A stretch of 64,000 bases of DNA, from the NCBI GenBank assembly GCA_044892525.1, contig CM097885.1, forward strand, positions 235,540,001 to 235,604,000, in the 5' to 3' direction. Shown here piece after piece: positions 51,629 to 64,000 of the stretch (position 1 is the stretch's first letter; every line of letters begins with the position of its first letter). This DNA is from Schmidtea polychroa (taxonomy: Eukaryota). Position numbers and translations under genes: made by a program. The notes below the pieces were generated by a model. It was not told the origin of the DNA, ran no database searches, and saw only the letters and a list, made by a program, of their open reading frames with translations.

Positions 51629-54170
51629 TTTCAAATATTTTTATAATAGTCTTTGTGAAATAGTCTTTGAATTTTTATGGATTTTTTTATTGTGTCACTT
51701 TTTGTTTATTCTTATGAACTTTTCATTGTTTTACTTAGTTTTTGTATTTTTTTACTTATAAAAATTAAAAATATTACCTATAATAAAATAATTAAATACC
51801 TAATGAATTCTATTTTTTTACTTATATAATTAATATAATACTTAGCATTTTATAAATATTTACTTAAGAAAAAATACATAAAGGCACTAATAAAATACAT
51901 AGCGTTTAGTAAAAAATACATAGCGAATAAATAGGAGCCAATTTTAATCTCATGTTTCCATACTTATTTTGGCCACTGTAATATTCTAATGACGAAAGGG
52001 ACGAACGAAGTGAGTGTCCTTGAGTCCCCCTGAGCTGAAAAGTATTATATCCTAACTAACCTTTGGCCAATCCTGAGGTTAATTATCAAGTCTCAGTGCG
52101 CGTTGTTTTTGAAATTGTTTTTATCTATGTGCGCCCACACAGGCGTGGACAATGTATTTTGAATTTTTGGTATTTTTAATTAATTGACTTATTAAATGAT
52201 TTTTTCGAGTTTTTAAGTTTTTTTTTAAAAAGGGATTTTTTTGGTGATTTTAAAATAAAGTTTAATAAAGTTTTACTTCTAAAATTACTTAATTAGTTAA
52301 AAAGGAATTTCTTGCAGAATATAATGATTTTATATGATGAAATATGAAGCTTATTTACGGAATTTAATTGTAAAATGTGAAAAATCACAACAATTAGAAT
52401 TGGAAAAATATAAAAAAAAATAAATTGACATGAAAAGTTTAATTGAATACTCAGACAACGAAGGCAATGAAGTTTTAAACTAATGATGACATTTCAAGCA
52501 ATAGCTCAGTAAAACCTGAATAAATTGCACCTGAAACTGTATTTTCTGAAATAGAAGAAACTGAAGAAGATTTAATTAAAACAGATCAATGGATGACTGA
52601 ACCGGCTAATGGAGCAGAAAAGTTTCTGAAATCGATCATTAAAAAGATGTCAGAAACGCTCAAAAACACAATCTAAGTTCTAATTCACGAATGATTTGGT
52701 AACGATAATCTAAAAGACATTTCGATCCAAGTTAATGTTTCTTTGCGAACGGATTTGGCAGAATCTACGCTCACAATCATCTTTGACTTTTTTTACTGAC
52801 AGTTGGATTTTGTATACAAAAAATTATATATAACTTAAAAATATCTTGGCTTTTTAACGAGTACTGGATTTTGTGTACAAAAATCTATACGATCAAAGAA
52901 ACCCTCTCGCTATAAAAAAAAAGAAAAAAAAAGTAAAAAGTAAAAAAAAGCAAAAAAGCCGTGTAGTCCTCTTGAGCAATGGCGTTTCGTTTAGAAAAAT
53001 TCAGAAACCAGGATTTGTATAGAAAATTCCAGTGATCAAAGAGACCCAATGACCATAGTGTGAAAAAATATAGTGTAGCCCTCGGCAGCAGTGACTTTTT
53101 AATGAGAATTTTTTTCCATTTAGCAATCCTAGAAGTTTTCTAAGAATTTATTTCCGAGAAGTATGAATATTTATTTTTTCCCAAGTAATCAATAAAAAAA
53201 TCAATAGTTTCCCAAGTATTAAGGATATAATACCTTTCAGCTCAGCAGCGAAATGCCTGAACGGATGTGAGTATCTTTGAGTCTCCCTGGGCTGAAAGTT
53301 ATTACATCCTCTATACTAAAACAATTAAATATATAGAAATTGCACGATATATTATTTGATTAATAATTAGTGAATTTTAGTTAGAAATAAATTTTTGTAT
53401 TTTTAATGAATGTTACATATTGACAAAATTAATTAAATAATTAAATAATATCTACATATAAATAATAAACAACATTTTATTTGTTTAAGTATTAAAAACT
53501 CTTCATCATTGATTATTTTGTTTATTCAATATAGAAAAGAGTACTTTAATGTCACATGAAAATATACTCAAACTTTGCAGTTGACCTAGTGACTAATTTT
53601 GGTCATTAATTGACAAATGACACATTTTTCAAAACTATTTCATTGCAAAAAAGACATAAAACCTAAAGGCACTAGATCAAATATGATCATTGAGACATAA
53701 TTGCAACTATTGAGAAATTGATGATTTATGAAGTTATTATTTATGAAAATGAAACTGATTGAAATAATTCACAATAGCAATAATTTTTATAGATTCAAAA
53801 TATATAAAAAATATATTAATATAAATATATTAAAAAATATATGCACAGTAAAGATTTCAACAAACAACCATTTATGCATTTTAATATATAAAATAGCAAA
53901 TCGGGCTAAAAAGTTATGGCGAAGCATAAAAATGTTTTTATTGCACAATTTCATTTAATTTTTGACTATAGATCAATAAGTAGTATTAAATACAAATTCT
54001 CACTGCCTTTTTTAAGTGTTGTTATTCAGAAAAATCATTTAACTATAGTCTAAAACTATATGAGAAAAACAAAATTGGAAATACTGTTTTTTTATCTTAT
54101 GTTAATAATGTTATGTTTAAAATATTTTACAGTTTTATTATTTTTATTATTATTATTTTTATTATTATTA

Positions 54171-54258
<88 letters not shown>

Positions 54259-54265
54259 TCTTTAG

Positions 54266-54408
54266 AGAGCCAATATAGGAGGAGCATGGTTTTATTTCAA
54301 TGAAGATCGGTTAAAAACAGTTGACTTTATATCTTTACATGCAGAATTCCCATTGAAAATTATTTTTTTAACTCCAAAACAATCACTTAATATATATAAT
54401 GTTTACAG
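54266..54408 (+). CDS. iGluR-like gene, exon 4 (end of S1)
   Basis: RANIGGAWFYFNEDRLKTVDF matches AD+.........R...+DF with the ligand-carboxyl Arg; phase 0 joins exon 3. Confidence 0.8.
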
Positions 54409-56442
54409 GTAATATATATTATTAATAATACATTACACTCTTACACGAAATAAAATGCCAAATATTAAAAGATGCGTTCAAAAATACATTGTTAAAATTC
54501 TTGAGGTGAGTTGGTTTGGTACATAAGTCATTGATCATAAGAATTATCTTTCCTAAACAATAAGAGCGAAACAAATTTTATTTTTCATAGCTAAGAATAA
54601 AGAAGAACATCAAAAGTGGTTGGAGGAAAATAATAAAAAAAATGATGCAAAGATAATTTAAAAAATAAAGGAAATCGGAGTAATTGTTTATTGCATAGGT
54701 AATTATTATATTTAAATTGCATAGTTTTGGTATTTGCCATCAAACTGGTGAACATGTGAGTCCTTTTTTTCGAAATTTACAATCAAAATATGTTTGGTGA
54801 CCTGTTGCTCGTTTCATTTAGGATCAGCAAGAGTTATTATTTGACCGATGTTTGTTATATATACATTAAAATCTAATACTTCTCTACTTTCCCCTGCTAA
54901 ATCATCTTTTAATTCGAAATATTGTTAGTATTATATAATAACTTATATTCACCTTCAAATTTATTCAATAAACTAAGTTCGTCGGAGTATTCGCTAAATC
55001 TTTATAATTAATTAGCATTACACTTTATTACTCAACTCTTTCGTTAATGTCATATTCATTGAGACCTCCCATCCATTCTTATTGACAATTTTAACATAAT
55101 ATAATAAGTTCTATGACAAAAGGTTCAGTGTTGTCTAAGTGAGATCCTTTAGAATATCCAATTCTCAGTTTAGAGACTTTATAATTTCTTTTGTAAAAAA
55201 TGACCTCTGACAATGAATAGTCCAGTTCAACTGGAAATTTTAAAACGTACTCTAAAAAGAATTTTATTTACTAAAACTTTGGTTTCCTCGAAGGTATTGT
55301 GTAATCCTTTAAACTACGTAAAGATAAAAGTATGAGTAGACGAATCTTTGATACAATTATTTATTTAATTAACATGATTTTCTTTATAATCTAGGCCCAT
55401 CGAATTAAGGGTCTGGATACTATTATTATTTACTTTCTTGATTGTGTCATTTGGATGTTTCATCAATTCCAAGTTTAACCCGTTTTCCGCATGGAATTTG
55501 AAGCTAAGATTTGCAATATTAGATGAAGTGAAATTTATGGAGAACATTTGGCAATCAATCGGAGCGTTTCTTTTACAAGGTAGGATATTATTATTTCTAT
55601 TTATTTCTATTATTTTCAAAACCAGAATTAAATTGGCAATTTACTATCATAAGGGAGACTTTAAAAGGATGAACATCAAAAACCAATAATAAAAAAGCAC
55701 GATTAAAATAGTAATGGGTACTGCTAATTTTAATGAAAACAGTGATTAATTAATGAAAATCAAGTCAAAACATTTAATTAAGGCGCAAAATTGGCATTGT
55801 CCAATCAGAATCACACAATTTTATTATAATATCTTTATTAAATATGCATTTATGTTGCAATGTCTTTGTTAATCATGAATGTCAAGTTAATTGTTATTTT
55901 ATATTATGCAATGAATGTCTATGTTTAAATCTTTCAAACTAACGATGGCTTGCTAAAAATGACATCTTTGTTTCAGTTTCAGAGAAGGATGGTAACTGAC
56001 TCTTAATTTTTTCATAAATTTGGTATCAATGGTTTTTGTTCCCATTATAGCTGCACGAAAAGCATTTCAGTGTATTTATATAATTTTTAATAATAATTTC
56101 GGGCTCCCTATAGCCAGTGACTCCCCCCACACAGGGTCATGCGTTCACTAATTCCACCACTGTATAGATTACATAATGTATGTGAGTATTCTGTGTAAAT
56201 ATTTTTTATATATTTTATTATATAAAACATTTGACAATTCAAGATTTTATTAATTATGCAATAATTACTTGTAATAAGGAATTGAAAAAGAATATTTTAG
56301 TACTTTTATTGTTCATAGCAAGGCAAACAGAGTAAAAATTTCGAAATAATTTTTCCTTTCTTTTGAGTATTTGTAACGAAATTATTTATTTTGCCTATTT
56401 AATAGGATGTTTAGTGAGATTAATTAAAACTTTTAATTTTAG

Positions 56443-56532
56443 GTCAAGATTTTTATGGATATTCAATTTCTTCGAGATTTGTTCTTGCAATTTGGTGGAT
56501 TTTCTCAGTTATATTCATTGCGGTTTATTCAG
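56443..56532 (+). CDS. iGluR-like gene, M3 exon
   Basis: GQDFYGYSISSRFVLAIWWIFSVIFIAVYS; AG/GT boundaries. Confidence 0.85.
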
Positions 56533-56629
56533 GTAATAAATTTTGAAAAATCAATTAATTGTGAGTAAAAGATATTAAATTATTAAAACAAAATAAACTA
56601 ATTAAGAGATAATTATAATATGAAAACTG

Positions 56630-56744
<115 letters not shown>

Positions 56745-57111
56745 CTAATTTTGAGGTCTCAGAAATATAAACAAAGCAAACGTGCACTGGATTCTGTATA
56801 AATAAAAACACGGGATTATTTCATTAAAATAACAATTATTATCAAATTCAATTATGACTCAATAAATTCCATCATTTCTTTTTATGAAAAGTTCGGTACT
56901 TTTGTAAGTATTGTTTTATGCTGTATTGGGTAGGTAAAACATGTGAAAAGTTTCTGTCTAATCGAGATTTACCTTGAAAGAAACTTTCAAAATCATGTTT
57001 ATTTTTGAGTGAAAGTACTAAATTTTGCATTAGTTATTTTAGTAACAATTTTATATAAATATTCATTTTATTTTTGAATTTAGTAGTAGTAGTAATAAGA
57101 ATACCCAAAAC

Positions 57112-57160
57112 CAGTGCTTTTTTTGTGATGGTACGCGCTGGTTCGGCGTACCGGCACCGT
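57112..57160 (+). mobile_element. Single hAT-like terminus
   Basis: CAGTGCTTTTTTTGTGATGGTACGCGCTGGTTCGGCGTACCGGCACC resembles hAT ends; partner end not found. Confidence 0.4.
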
Positions 57161-59164
57161 TTCCATCTTATAAAAAATAAAAATTATAAATGTATGTATT
57201 ACTTTTTAAAAATGATTAAAATTAATTTATTTCAATTAATTAATAACTTGAATGATCAGTATTTTTTTAATTTACCGGATTATTAATGAATAGAATTTAA
57301 AGTTCTTTCTTGTCCATTAATTACATTTTATGATATTTATTTAGTATGTTTTGAATAATTTAAATGTTTACAATGATTTAATCAACTTTTACATAGTTGT
57401 TGGTATTTGTTAGTAAGTACTTGGTGGTTAGCACTTGGTATCTGGTTGACTTTTTAGATTTTGACAAGAAGATAGTGTATGTGATGAAGAATATTTTGTA
57501 TTTAATTGCTATTATTTTTATGTGTTGCTAGTTGGTTATAAATAATTGGTATCTAGTTGTAAGTACTTGGTATCTGTTTGTAAGTACTAGGTATTAAGGC
57601 AAATACTTGATGAATAAATTTTATTAGGTCTTTAATTGTTATTATTTTATGTGTAGGTATGTGGTTGTTAGTACTTGAATGTTACAAGTACATGGTATCT
57701 AGTTATAAATAGTTGATAGTTGGTTGTAAGTACTTGGTTGTTTTTGTTATCTGATTGTTGAATTAATATTATTATTACTATTATTATCAGTAAAATTTGT
57801 ATCTAAATTTATTTTTAAAAATTATTTCATTAAAATTTCTCAAATGTTGGTGGTTATTCAAACTATTTGTTAATAAATTTAAAATTCTTACTTTAATTTA
57901 CTTATTACATTAATTTAGTTTAATTTTAAAATATTAATTTACTTTAAAATTTTTAACTTTAATTTACTTATTTAAAAATTTAGACCTGAATTTACTTTAA
58001 TTTTAGAATATTACTTTAACTTTAAAAATTACCCCTAAATTTACTTAATTTAACCCTTTATTTACTTAATTTAGCCCTTGTTTACCAAATATAGCCATTG
58101 CTTTACTTGATTTTAAAATGTATTACTTAATTTACCTATTTTAACAATAATACTTAGTAGCTGATAGCCGGTATCTGTTTGTAAATATTTAGTTGTTATT
58201 ACTTGGTATCTAGTAGTGGGTATGTGGTTAAAAGTGTTTAGTATCTAGTTGTTAGCTGGTTGTTAGTGTATGGTTGTTGAATTATTATTACTATTATTAA
58301 CCTTAATTTACCTAATTAACTTACACCTTAATTTACTTTAATTTACTTATTACTATCAATTCTCGTCATAATTCATAATTTATTACTTAATTTTAAAATT
58401 TACTTATTTACCAAATTTATCCCTAATTTACATATTTAACCAATAATTTCATGTGGTCATTGATTAATTCACAAAGATTTACATCTGAAATTTACATTGA
58501 AGAATATTTCATAAAAATTTCAATCTAAAATTGTAATTGAAAAATATTTCATAAAAACTTTCATTAAAAATTATCTTTAAAATTATTTCATTAAAATTTT
58601 CATTGAAAAATTACATTTCTCAAAAAGTTGGTGGTTATTCAATCTTTTGATAATAAATTTAAAAATCTTACTTTAATTAACTTATTACATTAATTTACTT
58701 AAATTTTTAAATTTTTACTTTAATTTAAAATGTTTAACTTTAATTTACTTTACACTATTGTGTATAAAATAAGAACAAGACTTAACCATTGTTCAGCGCA
58801 TATTTTATGCTTTTTAAAATTCTATTTTCTTAGGAGAAATTAAAATTAATTGAAAAATGAAATTTATGTTTTATTTTTCGTTATTTTGTGTAGTTATGTT
58901 TAATCCTTCAATTTTTTTTATATTTTGACTTTGGTACTGATTTCGTTTTATATAAATTAAATTAAATATTTTCCCTATTCTATTTTTTGACAAAATTCGG
59001 AAACCGGCTAAAATCTGTTTTTTGGAAATCTGGAATTCAAAAAGCCGATTTTTGTATAAACCCTATTAAAGACGTTAAAACCTTCATTTCTTAACATGTC
59101 CGATTTTGTACATACGAGACTAGCTATATATAAAATGCAATATAGATAAAAACAATATTATTAT

Positions 59165-59372
59165 TGTCCAATCAAATATTAATTGTGTTTTTAACTACAT
59201 ATAATTGTTTTTCAATATCAACTGTTAGTTTTGGGTTTTGATTTGTATTTGGTTTTTGAATTGGAATTTGAGACTTGTGTTTTGACTTCTCCCTGCTCTC
59301 TGTGAAAATTCTTACTTTGTATTTGCTTGGGCCCATCCTATAATATTTGTATAGGACATAGCCTCCCTTCGT
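59165..59372 (-). mobile_element. Short 3' LTR with polypurine tract (LTR element fragment)
   Basis: TGTCCAATCAAATATTA ... TAATATTTGTATAGGACA inverted ends; on the minus strand preceded by GAAGGGAGG; no TSD. Confidence 0.45.
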
Positions 59373-60495
59373 CATTCAACAGTAAGATAAATGTATGTTT
59401 GTGATGTAATAAGTAATTCTTTGCCAGTACGCCGTTACGTTATTTATTGTACTTTTAAGATCGTTTTGTAATAAAAGATGTCTATTGTTAAATTAAATCA
59501 AATATTTATTGATACGGTTGTGTAATCAGCCCACAAATATTTACACTGCCATTCTTAGAATAATGGAATAACGCAACAGAAGCTCTTATTTATTGCTCGA
59601 CATTTGCCGTGTCTTTTTCTCTTTTAGTATCTCTGAATTTATAGTACTTGTGCATTATATTTAATATCATTTATTTGTTATTGTAAAATAATATTTACAT
59701 TACTACTCGATAACGAAACCTAAGTAGAAAACAGATACGACTTTAGTAATAATATTTTAATATTTCGATTTACTTGTCAGTTAAAGAAAATATTTTATTT
59801 AATTTATAAAATATTTTTTTTTAATTTTATACCTAATTAAAATTTTAATAGTTAACAGTTAAAGGTTAAAAATTATCAAGTACTATTTTTAATAATAAAT
59901 TTATTTAATTAAATTTAATCTGAATTAAATTATTTGTTATATACCCACTGGAGGTACATTTATTAAACTAATATTTACCATAAATTATAAAATAATATCA
60001 TTATTGATAATAATTTTAAAATTATTAGTGTTATTATTAATTATTAAGTTTTTGTTAAAATTTAATAATTAAAACAATTATAATTCTCACTAATTTGAAA
60101 GTAGTTGCATATGAAATTGTCGAACTTTGATATTAATTTATATAAAAACTTTTATTTTCGATCAATGGTAGACAAATAAATTAAATTTTGTTTACTGATA
60201 ATACTTAGATCACGATCAAACATTTTTGTTCAATGTGAATGAATTTTATTGTTCGTCTGGCAAATTTTAGAAAATTAAATATTTAATTAAATATTATTTT
60301 ATTATTTCACTAATTGGAATATAAATCACCATGATTAAAAGACATAAAAAATAAACTACAAACATCATTTAGAATATGTTTCACTGAAGTTTCTTTTGTT
60401 GTTTTTTGTTTATTTTATTATACAATGCGCTATTGTAATACAATGCCATTATAATAATTTAACTATAGCTTTTACTAAATTGCTTTTTATCTCAG

Positions 60496-60623
60496 CAAAC
60501 ATGACTTCATTTTTGACTGTGAACAACAAAAATGCTGAATTATCAACGCTGGAAGATTTTGCTAATCAAAATTCAGTTAGACTGTATCTCACAGTTGGAG
60601 AAGCTCCAACGGTAACTATTCAA
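60496..60623 (+). CDS. iGluR-like gene, end of M3 / start of S2 exon
   Basis: Splices in phase to give VYSANMTSFLT (SYTANLAAFLT equivalent), then LSTLEDFANQ; donor at 60612 or 60624; the gene continues beyond the window. Confidence 0.85.
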
Positions 60624-60789
60624 GTAATTTAATTATTTACCATTTTTTATTTGTTTTATTCGCTTTTGATCTGCGTTTGCTTGTTTTAACATTTAATTTA
60701 TTTTCATCACGACTGTAACACAAATTTTCGAAACACGTGAAAATGACATTTTTTATTTCACTTGAATTCAATGTTTTTTTTGTTGTCAC

Positions 60790-61106
60790 TGTTAGAAGCT
60801 ATAACATTTAATTCTTCTGTCATCAAAATAAATTACTAAGACTATTAAATCCAAAATTATATTTCATTAAATCTGATTATATAAACAAATATTCTTGGGA
60901 CATTTTCTAAATTTTAATTTCAACCAAATATCAACATACCATCGCATTCATACTTGAATTTCAATTTTATTAAAAATTATTTTATTTTAAAATTTCAATT
61001 ATCATTTCAATTTTAATATCTTAAAATAATTTAAGTTTCAATTAAAACTTTACAAATTTTAATCATGAACTAATTTAATTTAGTATTTTAATTTTAACTC
61101 CTCACA
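60790..61106 (-). mobile_element. Putative 3' LTR of the Gypsy element
   Basis: Starts TGTGAGG right after the PPT AAAAAAGGGGGA; candidate end CTAACA as in the 49671 element. Confidence 0.5.
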
Positions 61107-64000
61107 TCCCCCTTTTTTAAAATGTTTGATCTTCTCAACATTTCTGACTACCATCTTCCCATTTTGATCTTTAAGTAAGTAGCTCCGTTCATGTATTTTC
61201 TTTATCACTTTGTACGGCCCTTCCCACCTTGCATCGTCTTTATTTCGAATTTCTTGTTTGATCAAAACCAAATCTTCCATTTCAAAATCTCTCACTGTTT
61301 TGCTTATTTTTGGTTTTAGTGTTTTATCCTCTATTCTCTTTTCCATATCTTCTCTATTTATTTCTTTATTCGAGTACCATTTCATTCTGTCGATTTTCCT
61401 CCCAAATATAATCTCTGCTGGGCTTACTTCCGTTGTTTTTTGAACTGTTGCATTTAAAGTATATTCTATTTCTGGCACTATATCAGCCCAGTTTTTCCTT
61501 CCTCCTTCATTCAATGACGCGTTAATATACTCTCTGATTGTTCTGAATTGTCTTTCAATAATACCATTCGTGTTATGGTGATATGGGCTTGAGAAAATTA
61601 ATTCAATGCCAGCTGCCTTTGCTAGTTCTTTTATACTTCTTGCTTCAAAGTTCTTCCCACAATCTACATGAAGTTCTTTTGGAGCTCCAAACTTTAATAT
61701 CCATTTATTTAATAACGTCTCACTAATTGTTTTTTCGTCTTGCTTGTTTATGGCCGTTAATGAGATGTATTTACTATAGTGGTCAATGATTCCGCAAATA
61801 TATTTCTTTTTGTTGAACGTTTCTTTCAATGGCCCACATATATCCATATATATCTTCTCGAATGGTTCTGTACTCTTTATTGTTTGAGTTTCCTCCTTTG
61901 TCTTGGTTGTTATCGTTTTCATTTTCTGACATCTTTCGCAGTTCTCAATTACCTTTTTTACTTCCGTTGCTAAATTTTCCATGTCGCAGTTATTCTGGAT
62001 ATATTTCGTTACTTTCTGTGCACCTGCATGGCACAGTAATACGTGTACTTCTTTTATCATCCTCTGTCTATTATCTGACGGTATCCATATTTTACCTTGC
62101 TTAGTTAGTACCGTGTTGTTTTCCATTATGAACTTACAATCTTTATTTTCTAACTTATTCTTTATTTCTTGGACCTCCATATTGTCATTTTGCCACTTGT
62201 TATATCCGCCTTCTGCTGTTACTGTTAATATTCTGGTTTTAATTTTGCCAGTTTTTGGGTCTTCGTGTTCCATCATACACTGTACACATGTTCCGCATGT
62301 TTTCCTGGATAGCATATCCGCGTTTGTATGGCTTGTTCCTTTCCTGTATTCCATTTTAATATCCAGGCTGCTTAAATAGTTGATCCATGTCTGGAATTGA
62401 GCAGTTATTGGTTTCTTCGTTGTTACCATAAACGTAATAGCTTTATGGTCCGTTCTCAGTACGAATCTCTTACCATATAAGTAATGATTGAAATGTTTAC
62501 AAAAATAGTATATTGCCAATAATTCTTTTCTGGTAATGCAGTATCCTTTTTCGTGGCTGCTCATCGCATGTGAACCATATGCAATGACATGTTCATGTCC
62601 TTTTTCATCCTTTTGCGAAAGAACTGCTCCAATAGTATCGAAGCTCGCGTCTGTGTCTAATATAAATTCTTTTCTGAAATCTGGAAATACCAATACTGGG
62701 GCGGTTATCAATGCTTCTTTCATTTCCCCGAAAGCCTTTTCACACATCTCTGTCCATCTTATTTTCTCATTGTTTTTTCCGCATATGCTTTCTAGTGCTC
62801 TTGCCTTCTTTGCATAGTCTTTTATGAACCGTCGATAATAGTTACAGATACCCAGAAAGCTCCTCAGATTCTTTACACATTTTGGCTTTTGAAATGATTG
62901 TATTGCTTCTATCTTAGTATTATCTGTTTGTATGCCGTCTTTATTTATTATGTGTCCCAGAAACTTCACTTCTTTTCTAAATATTTGACATTTTTCGGGG
63001 TTCAATCTTAGTCCTGCTGTTGCGATCTTCCCTAGGACTTTTTCAAATATGTTATAATGGTCTTCTTCTGTCTTTGTGAATATTAGGATGTCGTCTAAAT
63101 ATACCATCACTCCATCTTTCCACAAATCTTTCAATACTTTCGTCATTAATTCTTGAAATGTTCCTGGTGCCGCTGCAATACCGAACGGCATCCTGTTAAA
63201 ACAGAACTGTCCTTCTTTTGTTGAGAATGCTGTTTTCTCTTGAGATTCTTTATCTAACTTCACTTGGTAATAAGCATTTTCCAAGTCGATTGAGCTAAAA
63301 TATCTGGATCCGTGTAGGATGTCTAAAATTTCATCTACATTTGGCATTGGAAATGCTTGTCTTTCTGTTATCTTGTTTAATTGTCTGAAGTCTAGACAAA
63401 GCCTGATGTCTTTTTTCTCTTTCTTCCATACACAAACTAAAGGTGTGTTCCACGGTGAATTACACTTCCTAATTATTCCGTTGTTTTCTAGATTTTTTAT
63501 TGCTTCCTCAATCTTGTCTTCCAAATTTATTGGCTGACGTCTCGGTTTAATCATTATTGGCTCTCCTTTCGTGATGATCTTATGTTTTATCAGATTGGTA
63601 CACCCAATGTCCCATTTATCTGCCATAAAAACATTCTTGTTTGCCTGAAATATTTCTAACAGTCTCTTATTTCCGGTAACCTTTAAAACGTCGATGGCAT
63701 GACGTAATCTTTCTTCATCTGTTATAATCCGCCCAAATCTAGCTTCTATTTCGCAAATGAAATCACTACGTTTTTCATGTTCTTCTAGTATACATTTCAA
63801 TTCTATACCAAATAACCTTTGTAGTTCTACTCCTCCAATAATTTCTGGTATTAAATTCTTTACTATAATGAATGTTACATTTCTTTCAATACTGCCCATT
63901 TTAACATTGATGTTTATTTTACCCATAGTTTCTAATCTACTGTTGTTTGCACATCTTAGCGATTCCCTTGTTTCTAATATTTCGATATTTTCTAATCGAT
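61080..64000 (-). CDS. Gypsy pol (PR-RT-RNaseH-integrase), open, 5' end outside the window
   Basis: YLDD, LDTDAS, KELLAI, RTDHKA, H..LCH..C..C, VDCGKNF, GIIER, WEGPY; the stop codon lies inside the 3' LTR. Confidence 0.97.
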   Translation of the reverse strand, partial: RLENIEILETRESLRCANNSRLETMGKININVKMGSIERNVTFIIVKNLIPEIIGGVELQRLFGIELKCILEEHEKRSDFICEIEARFGRIITDEERLRHAIDVLKVTGNKRLLEIFQANKNVFMADKWDIGCTNLIKHKIITKGEPIMIKPRRQPINLEDKIEEAIKNLENNGIIRKCNSPWNTPLVCVWKKEKKDIRLCLDFRQLNKITERQAFPMPNVDEILDILHGSRYFSSIDLENAYYQVKLDKESQEKTAFSTKEGQFCFNRMPFGIAAAPGTFQELMTKVLKDLWKDGVMVYLDDILIFTKTEEDHYNIFEKVLGKIATAGLRLNPEKCQIFRKEVKFLGHIINKDGIQTDNTKIEAIQSFQKPKCVKNLRSFLGICNYYRRFIKDYAKKARALESICGKNNEKIRWTEMCEKAFGEMKEALITAPVLVFPDFRKEFILDTDASFDTIGAVLSQKDEKGHEHVIAYGSHAMSSHEKGYCITRKELLAIYYFCKHFNHYLYGKRFVLRTDHKAITFMVTTKKPITAQFQTWINYLSSLDIKMEYRKGTSHTNADMLSRKTCGTCVQCMMEHEDPKTGKIKTRILTVTAEGGYNKWQNDNMEVQEIKNKLENKDCKFIMENNTVLTKQGKIWIPSDNRQRMIKEVHVLLCHAGAQKVTKYIQNNCDMENLATEVKKVIENCERCQKMKTITTKTKEETQTIKSTEPFEKIYMDICGPLKETFNKKKYICGIIDHYSKYISLTAINKQDEKTISETLLNKWILKFGAPKELHVDCGKNFEARSIKELAKAAGIELIFSSPYHHNTNGIIERQFRTIREYINASLNEGGRKNWADIVPEIEYTLNATVQKTTEVSPAEIIFGRKIDRMKWYSNKEINREDMEKRIEDKTLKPKISKTVRDFEMEDLVLIKQEIRNKDDARWEGPYKVIKKIHERSYLLKDQNGKMVVRNVEKIKHFKKGGCEELKLKY

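Noticed and set aside
57082..57094. (AGT)4 as another Polinton terminus; also AGTAG at 37928
   Set aside because: No matching opposite end or 6-bp TSD found

Overview
Very AT-rich eukaryotic (animal) genomic DNA with long (ATT)n microsatellites and ~50-bp GT-AG introns. A triclad flatworm (planarian) is my guess from these features, not something I verified. The window is dominated by nested mobile DNA. (i) A hAT transposon (8-bp TSD) whose otherwise intact ~855-aa transposase is split by a 1.85-kb solo LTR that carries its own ORF. (ii) Three intronless PH-(Pro-rich)-SH2 genes resembling SH3BP2/3BP2; copy 2 sits between long inverted repeats and copy 1 between shorter pieces of the same repeat. 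(iii) A 13.2-kb Polinton/Maverick-type insertion (AGTAGT termini, 6-bp TSD TATCTT) whose core has been replaced by a mirror copy of its left arm plus ~560 bp of flank, giving a ~13.6-kb palindrome with a 112-bp spacer. (iv) A second, internally deleted Polinton (pPolB pseudogene, intact chromo-integrase, penton/PX fragment, small core-like protein) directly adjoining the third PH-SH2 gene. (v) A multi-exon ionotropic-glutamate-receptor-like host gene that seems to lack the amino-terminal domain; its 18.5-kb third intron holds the second Polinton, the third PH-SH2 gene, a Gypsy element and several MITEs. (vi) Gypsy, hAT, piggyBac-, pogo-, Tc1- and MULE-type remnants. The best candidate for an undescribed system is a Polinton-associated family of SH3BP2-like signalling adaptors together with the fold-back Polinton. 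All homology calls were made by eye; no searches were run.
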